NCBI GenBank assembly: GCA_964640195.1 | Contig: CAZXIC010000001.1 | Location: 83,363 to 147,362 of the forward strand | DNA: 64,000 bases | Source of the DNA: an uncultured archaeon | GTDB taxonomy: Archaea; Iainarchaeota; Iainarchaeia; Iainarchaeales; GCA-2688035 | Direction of reading: 5' to 3' | In this document: piece after piece, positions 25,003 to 34,139 of the stretch | Layout of the letters: each line of letters begins with the position of its first letter | Position numbering within the stretch: the stretch's first letter is position 1 | Notes under the pieces: generated by a model | Databases searched by the model: none | What the model saw: the letters and a program-made list of their open reading frames with translations, nothing else | What the model was told of the DNA's origin: nothing | Made by a program: the position numbers and the translations under genes

Positions 25003-25048
25003 TTGTATCCCTTATGCCTGTCATCGGCTTTCAATGTTTAAAACCTTT
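25003..25048 (+). repeat. About 46-bp direct repeat, copy B
   Basis: Matches 24354..24400; a partial third copy lies at 25877..25895. Confidence 0.6.
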
Positions 25049-25098
25049 AACCGTTGTAAGTTTTTAAACCCTGGCAGCGGGCAAATCCGCTTCAAAGA

Positions 25099-25821
25099 TT
25101 AGGCCATAGGGCCAAAAGTGCCATTAACTATTCTCCAACCCATCTGATACGAACAATAAACGTCTGCCCAAGAGTCTCCTTCAATATATTCTTCAGGGTA
25201 TTTCTCAAATAATTCGTTTGCTATGTTCCCTATAATTTCGGATTCTGTTTCGAAACTCATATCTTCTTCGCAATCAAGGGCAATAAAAGCTTGTGTTTTT
25301 CCAGCCAGATTCAAAACCTGTAATTCCATTAGTGATATTGATATGCCTTTTTGTTTTTGGTTTTCAATTTCTGCATCGACTATCTCACTAAGCCCCTCTT
25401 CCATTTCAGCGTTTCTTGTAAAAATGTATTTTTCACATTCACTCAAATCAGGAATGTAATTAATTCCGCCTGGTTGTTCATCTATAAGGGCATTGCCCCA
25501 CACGGTTCCAGTAAACCCATCTGCATCAGTCTTCCAACTATACTGTGGAATTCTGTTTCCCTCTACATCAAAACTATAACCGCTGATTTCATCTGTTTTA
25601 GTCCAAACATTTCCTTCGCTGTCAACGCGTGTTGCCCCAACAGGTTCTTCAGCTGCTGGGCCAAATATTCTCTCCCTTTCCAAAACAACTTCAACGCATT
25701 CATCGTAAGTCATGGTTTCTGAAGAGGGCTCTGGTGAAGGCGCTGGTTCAGGGGGCTGTTGCAAGCACCCGCTAAACAAAACCGCCAAGCAGATTAAACC
25801 GATTACAATCGCAGTTTTCAT
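25099..25821 (-). CDS. Putative lipoprotein (lipobox LFSGC), unknown function
   Basis: Signal peptide with a Cys lipobox. Confidence 0.5.
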   Translation of the reverse strand: MKTAIVIGLICLAVLFSGCLQQPPEPAPSPEPSSETMTYDECVEVVLERERIFGPAAEEPVGATRVDSEGNVWTKTDEISGYSFDVEGNRIPQYSWKTDADGFTGTVWGNALIDEQPGGINYIPDLSECEKYIFTRNAEMEEGLSEIVDAEIENQKQKGISISLMELQVLNLAGKTQAFIALDCEEDMSFETESEIIGNIANELFEKYPEEYIEGDSWADVYCSYQMGWRIVNGTFGPMA

Positions 25822-25919
25822 TGGTAGTGCCTTTTCTCTTTTGTATAAAAAAATTTTGTTTTCTGCAAAACACAGGCTTTTAATGTTTAAAAAACTACCG
25901 TGCCCGTAGGATATAAGCC

Positions 25920-27212
25920 CTACTGGGCATATACGATGTAATTAGGTTCTGCATATTCTATTCTGTCGTCTTCCTCTAATGTACATATCCATTCAAATTC
26001 TGTGTTTGGCTCCACACCTACAGTGATTAATATCTCAAAACTAAGATTTATAACTTCTTTAACCGTTAGCCCGTACGATTCTATGATTGCTCTTGCATTT
26101 GCTTCATCAACATTTTCTCCAAAACCAATCAATATTTCGCCCATAGCATAATCCTCATCGGGAACAAAGTTTTTGATGTTCCATCCTTCAATACAGGTGT
26201 AGATAAGTAACTCAGAGTCTTCGGCGTTGTTTCCAATTACGCCCACAAACGTTTCTGTATCGCCAACTTCAAATTCAACGTTATCGTAATAAAACTCGAT
26301 TGTTCTTTCTGGCTGGACTACTAATCCTTGCTGTGTATCTAAAACCTTCCCAGTAACCAAATATTGTGTAAAACAAAATGAATTAGGGTACTCTGGCTCG
26401 CTTGTACACGCTGTGTCCCCTTCAACTAGATTAACTATCTCTATCTTGTACCGCCCACTAAAAGGGGAAAACCATATTTCGCGTGGATTGGCAGAAATGT
26501 ATGACATTATAAAATCGCTTCCCCTTTTCTCGCCCCAAAAGTAAACAGGGCCTTTTTTTGGAGGTATCCATCCAACAATCTCGCTTTTTATTGTACCATC
26601 TGTAGGAAAATTCCATAAATTCAAATATACCATGTCTATTTTTACCTCGTACTGCTCCCGTTTGTTCCAGTCTTTTCCAACTGGCAAGTCTTCCTCAAGG
26701 TTTACTATTTCCCCTAAAAAAACCATATCTTTGTCTCTAAAAAATTGGTCCTTGCTTGCGTCCACGAGCAAATTATCTGGATTGTCAGATGGTGGTATCT
26801 GTGGAGGCTCATTAATAAAAATTATGTTTTGGCAGTCCTCGGGGCAATTATAATTGCTCTCGGTTTCTCTATCACATTCTCCGTTCCCGCACTTTGCAGT
26901 GCAGGTTCCGCTAATTCCAACAGTATTTTCCTCTTTTGGCAGAATTAATTCCAAGCCTTCACAGCACTCTGGCGGGTCTGCAATAAAAGGAATTGTTTCG
27001 CCTTCTCCCTTGCATTCTACTATTCGAGTGCAAACACCATTTTCGCAGGTTTCATCTGCAGCACACTGTACATCAGTAGGGCAATTAGAACAGTTTTCGC
27101 CTTCATCAATTTGCAAGTTTCCACAGCTTGGTGGTTGCAGGCAACCGCTGAGCAAAACTATTGCTACAACCAGGCAGATTAGCAAAATTTTTGTCTTCAT
27201 GTTTTTCAGCAT
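25920..27212 (-). CDS. Cysteine-rich putative lipoprotein (lipobox LLSGC)
   Basis: Signal peptide; many Cys in the N-terminal half. Confidence 0.5.
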   Translation of the reverse strand: MLKNMKTKILLICLVVAIVLLSGCLQPPSCGNLQIDEGENCSNCPTDVQCAADETCENGVCTRIVECKGEGETIPFIADPPECCEGLELILPKEENTVGISGTCTAKCGNGECDRETESNYNCPEDCQNIIFINEPPQIPPSDNPDNLLVDASKDQFFRDKDMVFLGEIVNLEEDLPVGKDWNKREQYEVKIDMVYLNLWNFPTDGTIKSEIVGWIPPKKGPVYFWGEKRGSDFIMSYISANPREIWFSPFSGRYKIEIVNLVEGDTACTSEPEYPNSFCFTQYLVTGKVLDTQQGLVVQPERTIEFYYDNVEFEVGDTETFVGVIGNNAEDSELLIYTCIEGWNIKNFVPDEDYAMGEILIGFGENVDEANARAIIESYGLTVKEVINLSFEILITVGVEPNTEFEWICTLEEDDRIEYAEPNYIVYAQ

Positions 27213-27314
27213 TATTTGTTCTCAAACACATATAAAAACATGGCTTTTTATTGAGCTTTTTTCCTCAGCAGCCTGCTGACCATATCATTGAATGTTTCGC
27301 CTTTGATTCCAAGC

Positions 27315-27650
27315 CTAAACCTTTACTTTCATCAAGTGCTCGCCTGCTGGGATGATGTGGATGTCCTCGCCCTTCTTTAGCTTATAGAATTTCGTCAGGT
27401 CTGGCGGAATTGTTATTGCAAGGCTGCCGCCTGTTGAAATCAGCTTTCTTGCAAAGCTGAATTCTTTTCTTGCCTTTTCCAGTGTTTTGTCAACGATTTT
27501 GCCTGTGGCAAACTTTTCCTTGCATTTGCTGCACTTGTATATGGGGTTGTCTTTTAGTGTTACAACTCCACCAAACATTTTAAGGCTAGTTTTTGACAGG
27601 TTTGCCCCTCCATCGCAGACAGGGCATTTTATTTTTGTTTTGAAAACCAT
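27315..27650 (-). CDS. Zn-ribbon plus AbrB/SpoVT swapped-hairpin domain protein
   Basis: CPVCDG...CSKC; LISTGGSLAITIPPDL is AbrB-like. Confidence 0.55.
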   Translation of the reverse strand: MVFKTKIKCPVCDGGANLSKTSLKMFGGVVTLKDNPIYKCSKCKEKFATGKIVDKTLEKARKEFSFARKLISTGGSLAITIPPDLTKFYKLKKGEDIHIIPAGEHLMKVKV

Positions 27651-27845
27651 AACTCAACCTCCTTTTTGCTTGCTTCCCACAAAGTGATTACAATTATTTT
27701 CTTTCTGTCTTCCGCTTTTTGAACAGTAAAAAACTTGTTTGCAACCAGGCCAATTGTTTCAAAGCAGTTTTTCCTATATTTTTTGTCAAATCCTTTTTTG
27801 ATTTTCACTTCCTGCTTTTTTATTGCCGTCCAAGGCTAAAAAAGC

Positions 27846-28160
27846 TTAAGCAATTGCCTTGGCTGTTTTTGGTGCTGTTTCTTCAATCATCCTCGCTTCA
27901 AACCTGAGGATGTCCTTTACTAGGGGGCTTTGCTTGTTCAGGGTGAAGAGTTTTGTGTTTCCAAATGCCTTTGTAATCCTGACAAGGTTTAGCTCTTCAA
28001 GCTTTCCCCAGTGCTTGAACAAGGCGCCCTTGCTTATTCCTGCCAATTCCTGCACTTCCTTTTTGCTGTATTCCTCGCCAATGTTGTCTATGAAAACATC
28101 AAGCATTCTTACAAATGGGTTGTCCCCAAAAAACCGTATTAGGTTCGTTTCCCCTTCCAT
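27846..28160 (-). CDS. Winged-helix DNA-binding regulator (paralog of 1380..1715)
   Basis: ATG at 28160; wHTH paralog. Confidence 0.55.
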   Translation of the reverse strand: MEGETNLIRFFGDNPFVRMLDVFIDNIGEEYSKKEVQELAGISKGALFKHWGKLEELNLVRITKAFGNTKLFTLNKQSPLVKDILRFEARMIEETAPKTAKAIA

Positions 28161-28238
28161 GTTTTTCGCCAATTAACTTATTAAAAGCAAGGTTTATAAT
28201 AATATACTTTCAAAGTCCATTTAAATGGACTTGCTTGA

Positions 28239-28493
28239 GTTGGTAAAGGCAAGCTTCTTTTCAAACTGGCGAGGAGAAGAAAATGGGGCAACAGCCACAC
28301 GGCTTTTGACAACCTGAAAAAAGGTTTCAAGCCAAGAGAGCACCTTCTGGTGAAAAGGGCTGCTGAAGAATTAATTAAGGAAAATCTTCTGTTCAAAAAG
28401 CCGACCTCCCATGGTTTGCATGTTTCCTTGAACCATGAAAAAGCTGCAGAAATAAAACAAATAATTTCCGAGCTGCTTGGCATAAAAGTTTAA
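28239..28493 (+). CDS. Second copy of the small conserved protein; no in-frame ATG/GTG/TTG near the 5' end (possible frameshifted pseudogene)
   Basis: Manual translation; RRRK...HTAFDN...HGLHVSLN aligns to 1798..2067; an upstream ATG at 28225 is in a different frame. Confidence 0.4.
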   Translation, partial: VGKGKLLFKLARRRKWGNSHTAFDNLKKGFKPREHLLVKRAAEELIKENLLFKKPTSHGLHVSLNHEKAAEIKQIISELLGIKV

Positions 28494-28497
28494 GCTC

Positions 28498-28692
28498 TTA
28501 TTCTTGGAATATGAACAGCTCGTCAACCGTTGTCTTGAGAGCCTTGGCCACATCATGCGCAAGCTTAAGCGATGGATTGTACTTTCCCTTCTCAAGGAAG
28601 ACGATGGTTTCACGCCTGACTCCTGCCTTTTTGGCGAGGTCTTCCTGCGTGAGGTTATAGCGCGCCCTCAGCTCTTTTATCCTGTTGCGCAT
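28498..28692 (-). CDS. HTH XRE-family (YozG-like) regulator, copy B
   Basis: Nearly identical to 23622..23810. Confidence 0.8.
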   Translation of the reverse strand: MRNRIKELRARYNLTQEDLAKKAGVRRETIVFLEKGKYNPSLKLAHDVAKALKTTVDELFIFQE

Positions 28693-28701
28693 TTAAGGCA
28701 C

Positions 28702-29124
28702 CTATTCAACCCTGCCCCTGTCCCTGAAGTAAAGGGCAAGCAGCACGAAAACAATGCCGGGAACAAGTACTACCGGCGCTGTGTAGTGATGTGCCTGCAG
28801 CACAATGCCGTATTCCCTCTCAACAAAGGCGCTTGCAAACATCGTTCCCACTGCTGTCCAGATTCCTGCAATGAAAGCGTAGTAGCCTGCCTTCTGCGCC
28901 GCTCTTTTGCTCAGTTCATCCTCTGCCGGCAGGCCTGCCTTTATGCTCTTTGCCCTGTCCCAGACAAATTTCATTGAGATGACTGCAAGCAGGACAGCAA
29001 TCGTCGGGATGAGCAGGTCAGCCAAAGACTCCTTGCCCGAAAGCAGAATCCACATGGCTGCAGTTACCAGAACAGCTGCTGCAACTATTGCGCCGATAAG
29101 CACTTTAAATTTATCCAAAAACAA
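28702..29124 (-). CDS. DUF2178-like membrane protein, copy B (TTG start)
   Basis: Paralog of 23820..24236. Confidence 0.6.
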   Translation of the reverse strand: MFLDKFKVLIGAIVAAAVLVTAAMWILLSGKESLADLLIPTIAVLLAVISMKFVWDRAKSIKAGLPAEDELSKRAAQKAGYYAFIAGIWTAVGTMFASAFVEREYGIVLQAHHYTAPVVLVPGIVFVLLALYFRDRGRVE

Positions 29125-29279
29125 CCACCTCTGTTATTTCATTCAAACATTATGTTAGAAAACAATAACATTATGTTATATTTATATAACAAGTTGTATA
29201 TAAGGCTTTCGCCACGGTAACTGCGGCAAAAGCAAACAAATGACGACCCAAGGCACAAAAACCATGCTGCTTATGGTTC

Positions 29280-30086
29280 TTAAACCTCTTCGGCTGCTGG
29301 TTGCACTTTTTTGCCTTTTTTCAAACGCCCTGCGGCAGGGGAGTTATACCACGGGCAGTTGTGATGCCCTTTGCCAGAAGAGTGGAGATACAGCATTGGA
29401 ACCTCTGCAGCTTCTGCGATTGGCTGTTGTATGGTTGGGTTGCTGAAGGAAAAAAATATTTGGTTGGGGTTTAATCCACTAATTTTTTGGAGGAAGTATA
29501 TTTCCACTTCAACGTAGATTCTTGCTATCTCTTCCGAACAGATTCCATTTTTAACGAAGTTGGAATGTTTTCTTGCCGCTTCATTGAGTTCCCTGAATGC
29601 TGCCTGATTATTTATGACCGTGCTTGTCTTGATTCTGGAGCCCTTATCCGTGTAATCATTTAAGTTCGCTGTGCCCAACAAATCGCTTAATTTGATTAGG
29701 CTGAGGCTTCTTTCTTGGGCTAATGAGGCTAAAACCGAATAATATTGCTCGGTTTCCGCAAGACTCCTGCCGTTAACCAGGACGTGATGCACATCGCAGA
29801 ACAGCAGTGAAACCTGCACTGGCAGCGCATGCTTTCTCAGTTCGCTTTGCATTTCAGCAATGAAGTCAAGGCTTCTCTTATCTGCTTCATCGCCAGCAAT
29901 TCCTTCTTTTGAACCGCCCCACAGGCCCATCAACCGAAGCGGGGCGTTGTTGAGGAGGGATTCTCTTATGCAGCCCTCTATTTCCGCAGGTTTTGTTGGA
30001 ACCATTCTTGAAAACCGGTTGGATGTTAGGATGCGGTAAACCTGTTTTGCAGTCCTTGATTGGTTCACGTATTCTGCTATTTCCAT
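29280..30086 (-). CDS. Conserved hypothetical protein, copy B
   Basis: Paralog of 21982..22758. Confidence 0.55.
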   Translation of the reverse strand: MEIAEYVNQSRTAKQVYRILTSNRFSRMVPTKPAEIEGCIRESLLNNAPLRLMGLWGGSKEGIAGDEADKRSLDFIAEMQSELRKHALPVQVSLLFCDVHHVLVNGRSLAETEQYYSVLASLAQERSLSLIKLSDLLGTANLNDYTDKGSRIKTSTVINNQAAFRELNEAARKHSNFVKNGICSEEIARIYVEVEIYFLQKISGLNPNQIFFSFSNPTIQQPIAEAAEVPMLYLHSSGKGHHNCPWYNSPAAGRLKKGKKVQPAAEEV

Positions 30087-30173
30087 AATATTTATTGGAC
30101 AATTGAGGGTATTTTATAGTTTGTTGTATAAAAATACACAAACTTATATAGAGAAGCTTTCAACAATAATGTT

Positions 30174-30881
30174 ATGGAGATTGACAGATTGACTGCCCTA
30201 GGCCTTACAAAACGGGAAGCCCAGACTTATTTGGCACTGCTAAAACTTGAAGAAGCAAAAGCCGGTGTGGTTGCTGAACATACGAAAGAGGATAGAACGA
30301 ATGTATACGATTCCCTCAAGAACCTTATAAAGAAAGGGCTGGTGAGCAAGGTCATGAAAAATAACAGAGCATATTACAGAATTGCCCCTCCTGAAAAATT
30401 GAGGGATTATTTGGTAGAGAAAGGAAAAATCCTTAACCAGATTCTCCCTGAACTAAATACCCTCTACAGCTCTTATGAACCAAAGCCTGTAATAGAGGTG
30501 TATGAAGGAAAGGAAGGGATTAAGACTGTCTTCAATGACATTTTGAAGGAGGGGAAAGATTTTGTTGGATTTGGGGCAACGGATAGAGCCCACATCTTGT
30601 TGCCTGAATTCACCGAAATGTATTTGAAAGATAGAGAAAGGAAAAATATCAAGGCACGCCAGTTCTATCCCGAGGGCAGTGAAGTCCTTAAATCAAAACT
30701 TTCAACATTCAAAACAATCCCAAAAGAGTTTTCAGGCCCTGCAACTACCTTAATTTACGGGGAAAAAGTCGCGATATTCATGTGGTTCATAGAACCGCCG
30801 GTCGTGGTTTTAATCAAAAACAAAGAGGCAGCGCGGGCGTATAAAAACCAATTCGAGTTCATGTGGAAAATTGTCAAATAG
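30174..30881 (+). CDS. TrmB-family transcriptional regulator, copy B
   Basis: Paralog of 22846..23553. Confidence 0.75.
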   Translation: MEIDRLTALGLTKREAQTYLALLKLEEAKAGVVAEHTKEDRTNVYDSLKNLIKKGLVSKVMKNNRAYYRIAPPEKLRDYLVEKGKILNQILPELNTLYSSYEPKPVIEVYEGKEGIKTVFNDILKEGKDFVGFGATDRAHILLPEFTEMYLKDRERKNIKARQFYPEGSEVLKSKLSTFKTIPKEFSGPATTLIYGEKVAIFMWFIEPPVVVLIKNKEAARAYKNQFEFMWKIVK

Positions 30882-30903
30882 AGTTCGCTTGGTTTTTCAG
30901 TCC

Positions 30904-32706
30904 TTATTGCTCTTTTTTCAGGAACTTCGAAAGAATCAGCAATGCTGAGAGCAAAAGCATTGTCAGAATCATGGGCAGGAAATCAATGCAGGGGCGCCCG
31001 CGAACCATTACCCCTGAGAGCATTGTTATTGACGCTGAAAGCGGGTTTATGAATTCCACGAACTGCAGAGTGGCTGGCATCAGCTCGAAAGGGATTATTA
31101 CCCCGCTTACAAGGAGGGCTGGGATGACCAGGAGCAAGCAGCCCAGAATCGCGCTTGATTCGTTCTTGAAGAATATTGACAGGAACAAGCCGATGCTCAC
31201 GAAAAACAGTGCTGAGACTGACAAGACAACAATTATGTCCGGCAGAGTGCCGGAAATTACCACGCCAAATGCCAGTATTGCAAGTACTGCTATAAGGGCG
31301 CATTCAAGCATTGCAAGCAGCACCTGGGCTGAAACCTTTGCGGTTATCTGGGCAATCCTGCTCGTAGGGCTTGTCTGCAAGCGCAGGTAGACCTTCTGCC
31401 CTCTCTCGCTTACAACGGAAAGCAGCGTCAGGAGTATGGTGGTGAATAACACTACAATAGAAAGGCTTGCGGGCAGCAGCAGCGAAAAAAGGTTAGCATG
31501 CGGGAAGATATCGCTAAACCACATCCGCGTGGGCGAAGCCAGCATCTCCGGAGGATAGGTCTTTATTTCATGCATGCTCGCAAGCAGGTCATCAATGAGG
31601 CTTTTTGTTTCGGCAATGTCTCGTTCTACAGCTGCGTCAAAAGCCTGCCATTCGTCGATAAATTCTTTTAGTTTTCTCAGCCCTGCCTCTATTTTTTGTG
31701 GCTCGGCATCTAGTGTTTCTGCCCATTGCTTTGCTGAAGCAATCTCGGACTTAAAGTGTGGCAGTGGCGTTTGTATATCAATGACCAATAATTCGGTTCT
31801 GTTTAGCATATTTTCAAGAGCGCCAAGATTATTTTCTATATCAATAAGCCTATTTTTGATACCAATAATGGGCGGCTCTAATTCCCCCAGCAGTCCATAT
31901 GACAATACGCCTTCCACATCTGTCTTTGCTATTGATACCTGCTTCTTGATACTGTACGGCCCCAAAAGGGCATTGGAAATTTCCTGCAGCTGTGTGCGGA
32001 TGTCGGCTGCATTTGACTCTGTTTCTAATATACTTGTTTCAATGGCTGCCAGGTTTAGTTTCAGCTTTTGGGCTGAATTGCGGAGCTCGTATATGTCAAA
32101 TTCATTTATCGCTGGACGTATCTGCTTTATAAACGACCTTGTTTCCTTAAATCTTTCGCCAAGCAGCTCTATCCTCTGCTGCTGTGTTTGCAGCTTTTGC
32201 TCGTTTTTCAGGAAACCACTCCAGATTTCATTGAGCATGTCAAGCGTTATTTTTGTGGTAACCCTGTCAATTGCCGATAAAACAAACTGCCTCACAATCA
32301 TTGATTCAATTACCCTTGAATTGTCGATTAGCGCCTCTATCTTGTAAGGGCCACTCTTTTCCGTCCTGAAAATAACAACCCCTGCCTTCAGCTTTCCGGA
32401 TTCGACATCGTGCTGCAATGAATTCCGGTCGTAATACTGCATAACAGCCAATGATTCTATTTTCTGCATCTCGCTGATGAAATCTATGCTGGCAAAACCG
32501 GCATTGGAATCGCCCGATTGGACCGCTGCCGCTGACTCTTCTACAATCACTCCAATTGTGATGTCCTGCTTTATCCCGCCGCCATAGACAATGCCGAGGC
32601 TTAGGCCGATTATGACAGGGTAGAGGACAACAAGCGCAAGCGCTATCTTCTGCGACCTCAGCAGCTTGAACTCCTTCACTATCCCGGCGATTACCCCAGA
32701 AATCAT
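30904..32706 (-). CDS. ABC-2 type transporter permease with a large extracytoplasmic coiled-coil domain
   Basis: N-terminal TM helix, about 350-aa loop, C-terminal five-TM ABC-2 core. Confidence 0.7.
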   Translation of the reverse strand: MISGVIAGIVKEFKLLRSQKIALALVVLYPVIIGLSLGIVYGGGIKQDITIGVIVEESAAAVQSGDSNAGFASIDFISEMQKIESLAVMQYYDRNSLQHDVESGKLKAGVVIFRTEKSGPYKIEALIDNSRVIESMIVRQFVLSAIDRVTTKITLDMLNEIWSGFLKNEQKLQTQQQRIELLGERFKETRSFIKQIRPAINEFDIYELRNSAQKLKLNLAAIETSILETESNAADIRTQLQEISNALLGPYSIKKQVSIAKTDVEGVLSYGLLGELEPPIIGIKNRLIDIENNLGALENMLNRTELLVIDIQTPLPHFKSEIASAKQWAETLDAEPQKIEAGLRKLKEFIDEWQAFDAAVERDIAETKSLIDDLLASMHEIKTYPPEMLASPTRMWFSDIFPHANLFSLLLPASLSIVVLFTTILLTLLSVVSERGQKVYLRLQTSPTSRIAQITAKVSAQVLLAMLECALIAVLAILAFGVVISGTLPDIIVVLSVSALFFVSIGLFLSIFFKNESSAILGCLLLVIPALLVSGVIIPFELMPATLQFVEFINPLSASITMLSGVMVRGRPCIDFLPMILTMLLLSALLILSKFLKKEQ

Positions 32707-33693
32707 TCCTTCAGCTCGCTTCCGGTTAGGTTGATGAAAACCTGCTCAAGGCTCGGTTCTTTTATGTTGGATTTCACGGTGTTGAAGCCTTTTTGCCTGA
32801 AAAAACCAATTATTTTGTCTGATGCCCCCAAAACATCTTCTCCTGCTGCAGAAACAACCAGGCTGTTTGCCTTCGCAAGCACAACCTTCACGCCGCCCAC
32901 TTTAGGCATCTTATTCACGATTTCTTTGCTAATCTCCCTGTCAAGCACAATAACAATTGTCTTGCCGCCGCCGAATTTGCGGATAAGCTCGCTTGCCGTG
33001 CCAATTGCCGTGATAGCACCATTGTACAGCATACAAATTCTGTTACACAGGGCTTGTGCCTCCTCCATGTAGTGTGTTGTGAGGACAATCGTCATCCCGC
33101 CTGCATTAAGCTGCCTTATCTTCTCCCAGATTTTGGCGCGCATCTTCGGGTCAAGGCCAGCTGTAACCTCATCCAAGAAAAGCAGTTTCGGCGACCACAG
33201 CAGTGACAAGCACATGTTCAGCAATCTCTTGTAGCCGCCAGAAAGCAAACCAGCCCTTTTGTTCCTATAGCCTGCAAGACCAAGCTGGTTGATAAGATTG
33301 TTTACTGTCTTCCGCAGCTCCGTGCCCTTGAGGCCAACGCTGGCGCCAAAAAAAAAGCAAATTGTCCAGAACCGAGAAGCTGTGGTAGAAAGCGAAATCT
33401 TGGGGCACCAAAGCAATGCCTTTCCTGACACCCTTGCCTTGGCCGCCGCTGAAAAATGAAATGCTGCCGCTGTCCTGCTTCTGCATGCCACAGAGGATAT
33501 TCAGCAAGGTGCTCTTTCCTGCGCCATTTGGCCCGAGCAGGCCGAAAACCTCCCCCTGCGCAACCCTCAGGCTCACATTTTGCAGAACCTTTGTGCTGCC
33601 GAAACTCTTTGAAACATTCTCCACAATTACTGCGTCTGCCGCAGCAGGCGCTTTTTTTATCCGCGAAGAAGGTTTGGTTGCGGCTGGTTTCAT
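32703..33693 (-). pseudogene. ABC transporter ATP-binding protein split by a frameshift at an A9/T9 homopolymer (33352-33360); N-terminal part 33265..33693, C-terminal part 32703..33491
   Basis: Walker A GPNGAGKST in one frame; LSGGYKRLL signature and Walker B LLFLDEVTAGLD in the other. Confidence 0.6.
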
Positions 33694-33873
33694 ACAATAC
33701 GTTACACTGCATCTCTATTAAAAAATACTTTTTGCTGGAAAGCCCTGCCTTTGAATGTTTGAAAACCAAATTCCGGCAACCGCAGGCAGTGGCATAGCCC
33801 TGTAACCTGCCACCGACACCATTTTTAAAGCTTTTGAAACCCAATTGGAACAAATAATGCAGGGAGTGATAAA

Positions 33874-33990
33874 ATGAAATTGAGATTCCAGGAAGAAGGC
33901 GGAGAAGGAGAAGCTCCGGAGGAAGAGGAAGGAACAGAGGAAGAGACTCCGACAGAAGGCGGAGAAGGCGAAGGGGAATCAGCAGAATAA
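33874..33990 (+). CDS. Highly acidic 38-aa micro-ORF (MKLRFQEEGGEGEAPEEEEGTEEETPTEGGEGEGESAE)
   Basis: AGGGAGTGA ribosome-binding-like site 4 nt upstream; terminator hairpin downstream. Confidence 0.25.
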   Translation: MKLRFQEEGGEGEAPEEEEGTEEETPTEGGEGEGESAE

Positions 33991-34019
33991 ATCAAACGCT
34001 TTTTTTCTTCCTCTAAACA

Positions 34020-34058
34020 GGGGCGTTTTCAGTTGGCAACGCCCGTTTAACTTTTTTG
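34020..34058 (+). terminator. Hairpin GGGGCGTT-N10-AACGCCC followed by a T-run
   Basis: Inverted repeat plus TTTAACTTTTTTGTTT. Confidence 0.4.
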
Positions 34059-34139
34059 TTTACATTTAATTGGCAATCCAGGCAGGAACTGCTTCTGCAA
34101 TGCAGGCCTTTTTTGGCGCCTGAAGTGGCTAAAAAGCGG

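Noticed and set aside
28181-28483. 100-aa minus-strand ORF
   Set aside because: Antisense to the conserved plus-strand paralog of 1798-2067, with no similarity to anything else in the window.
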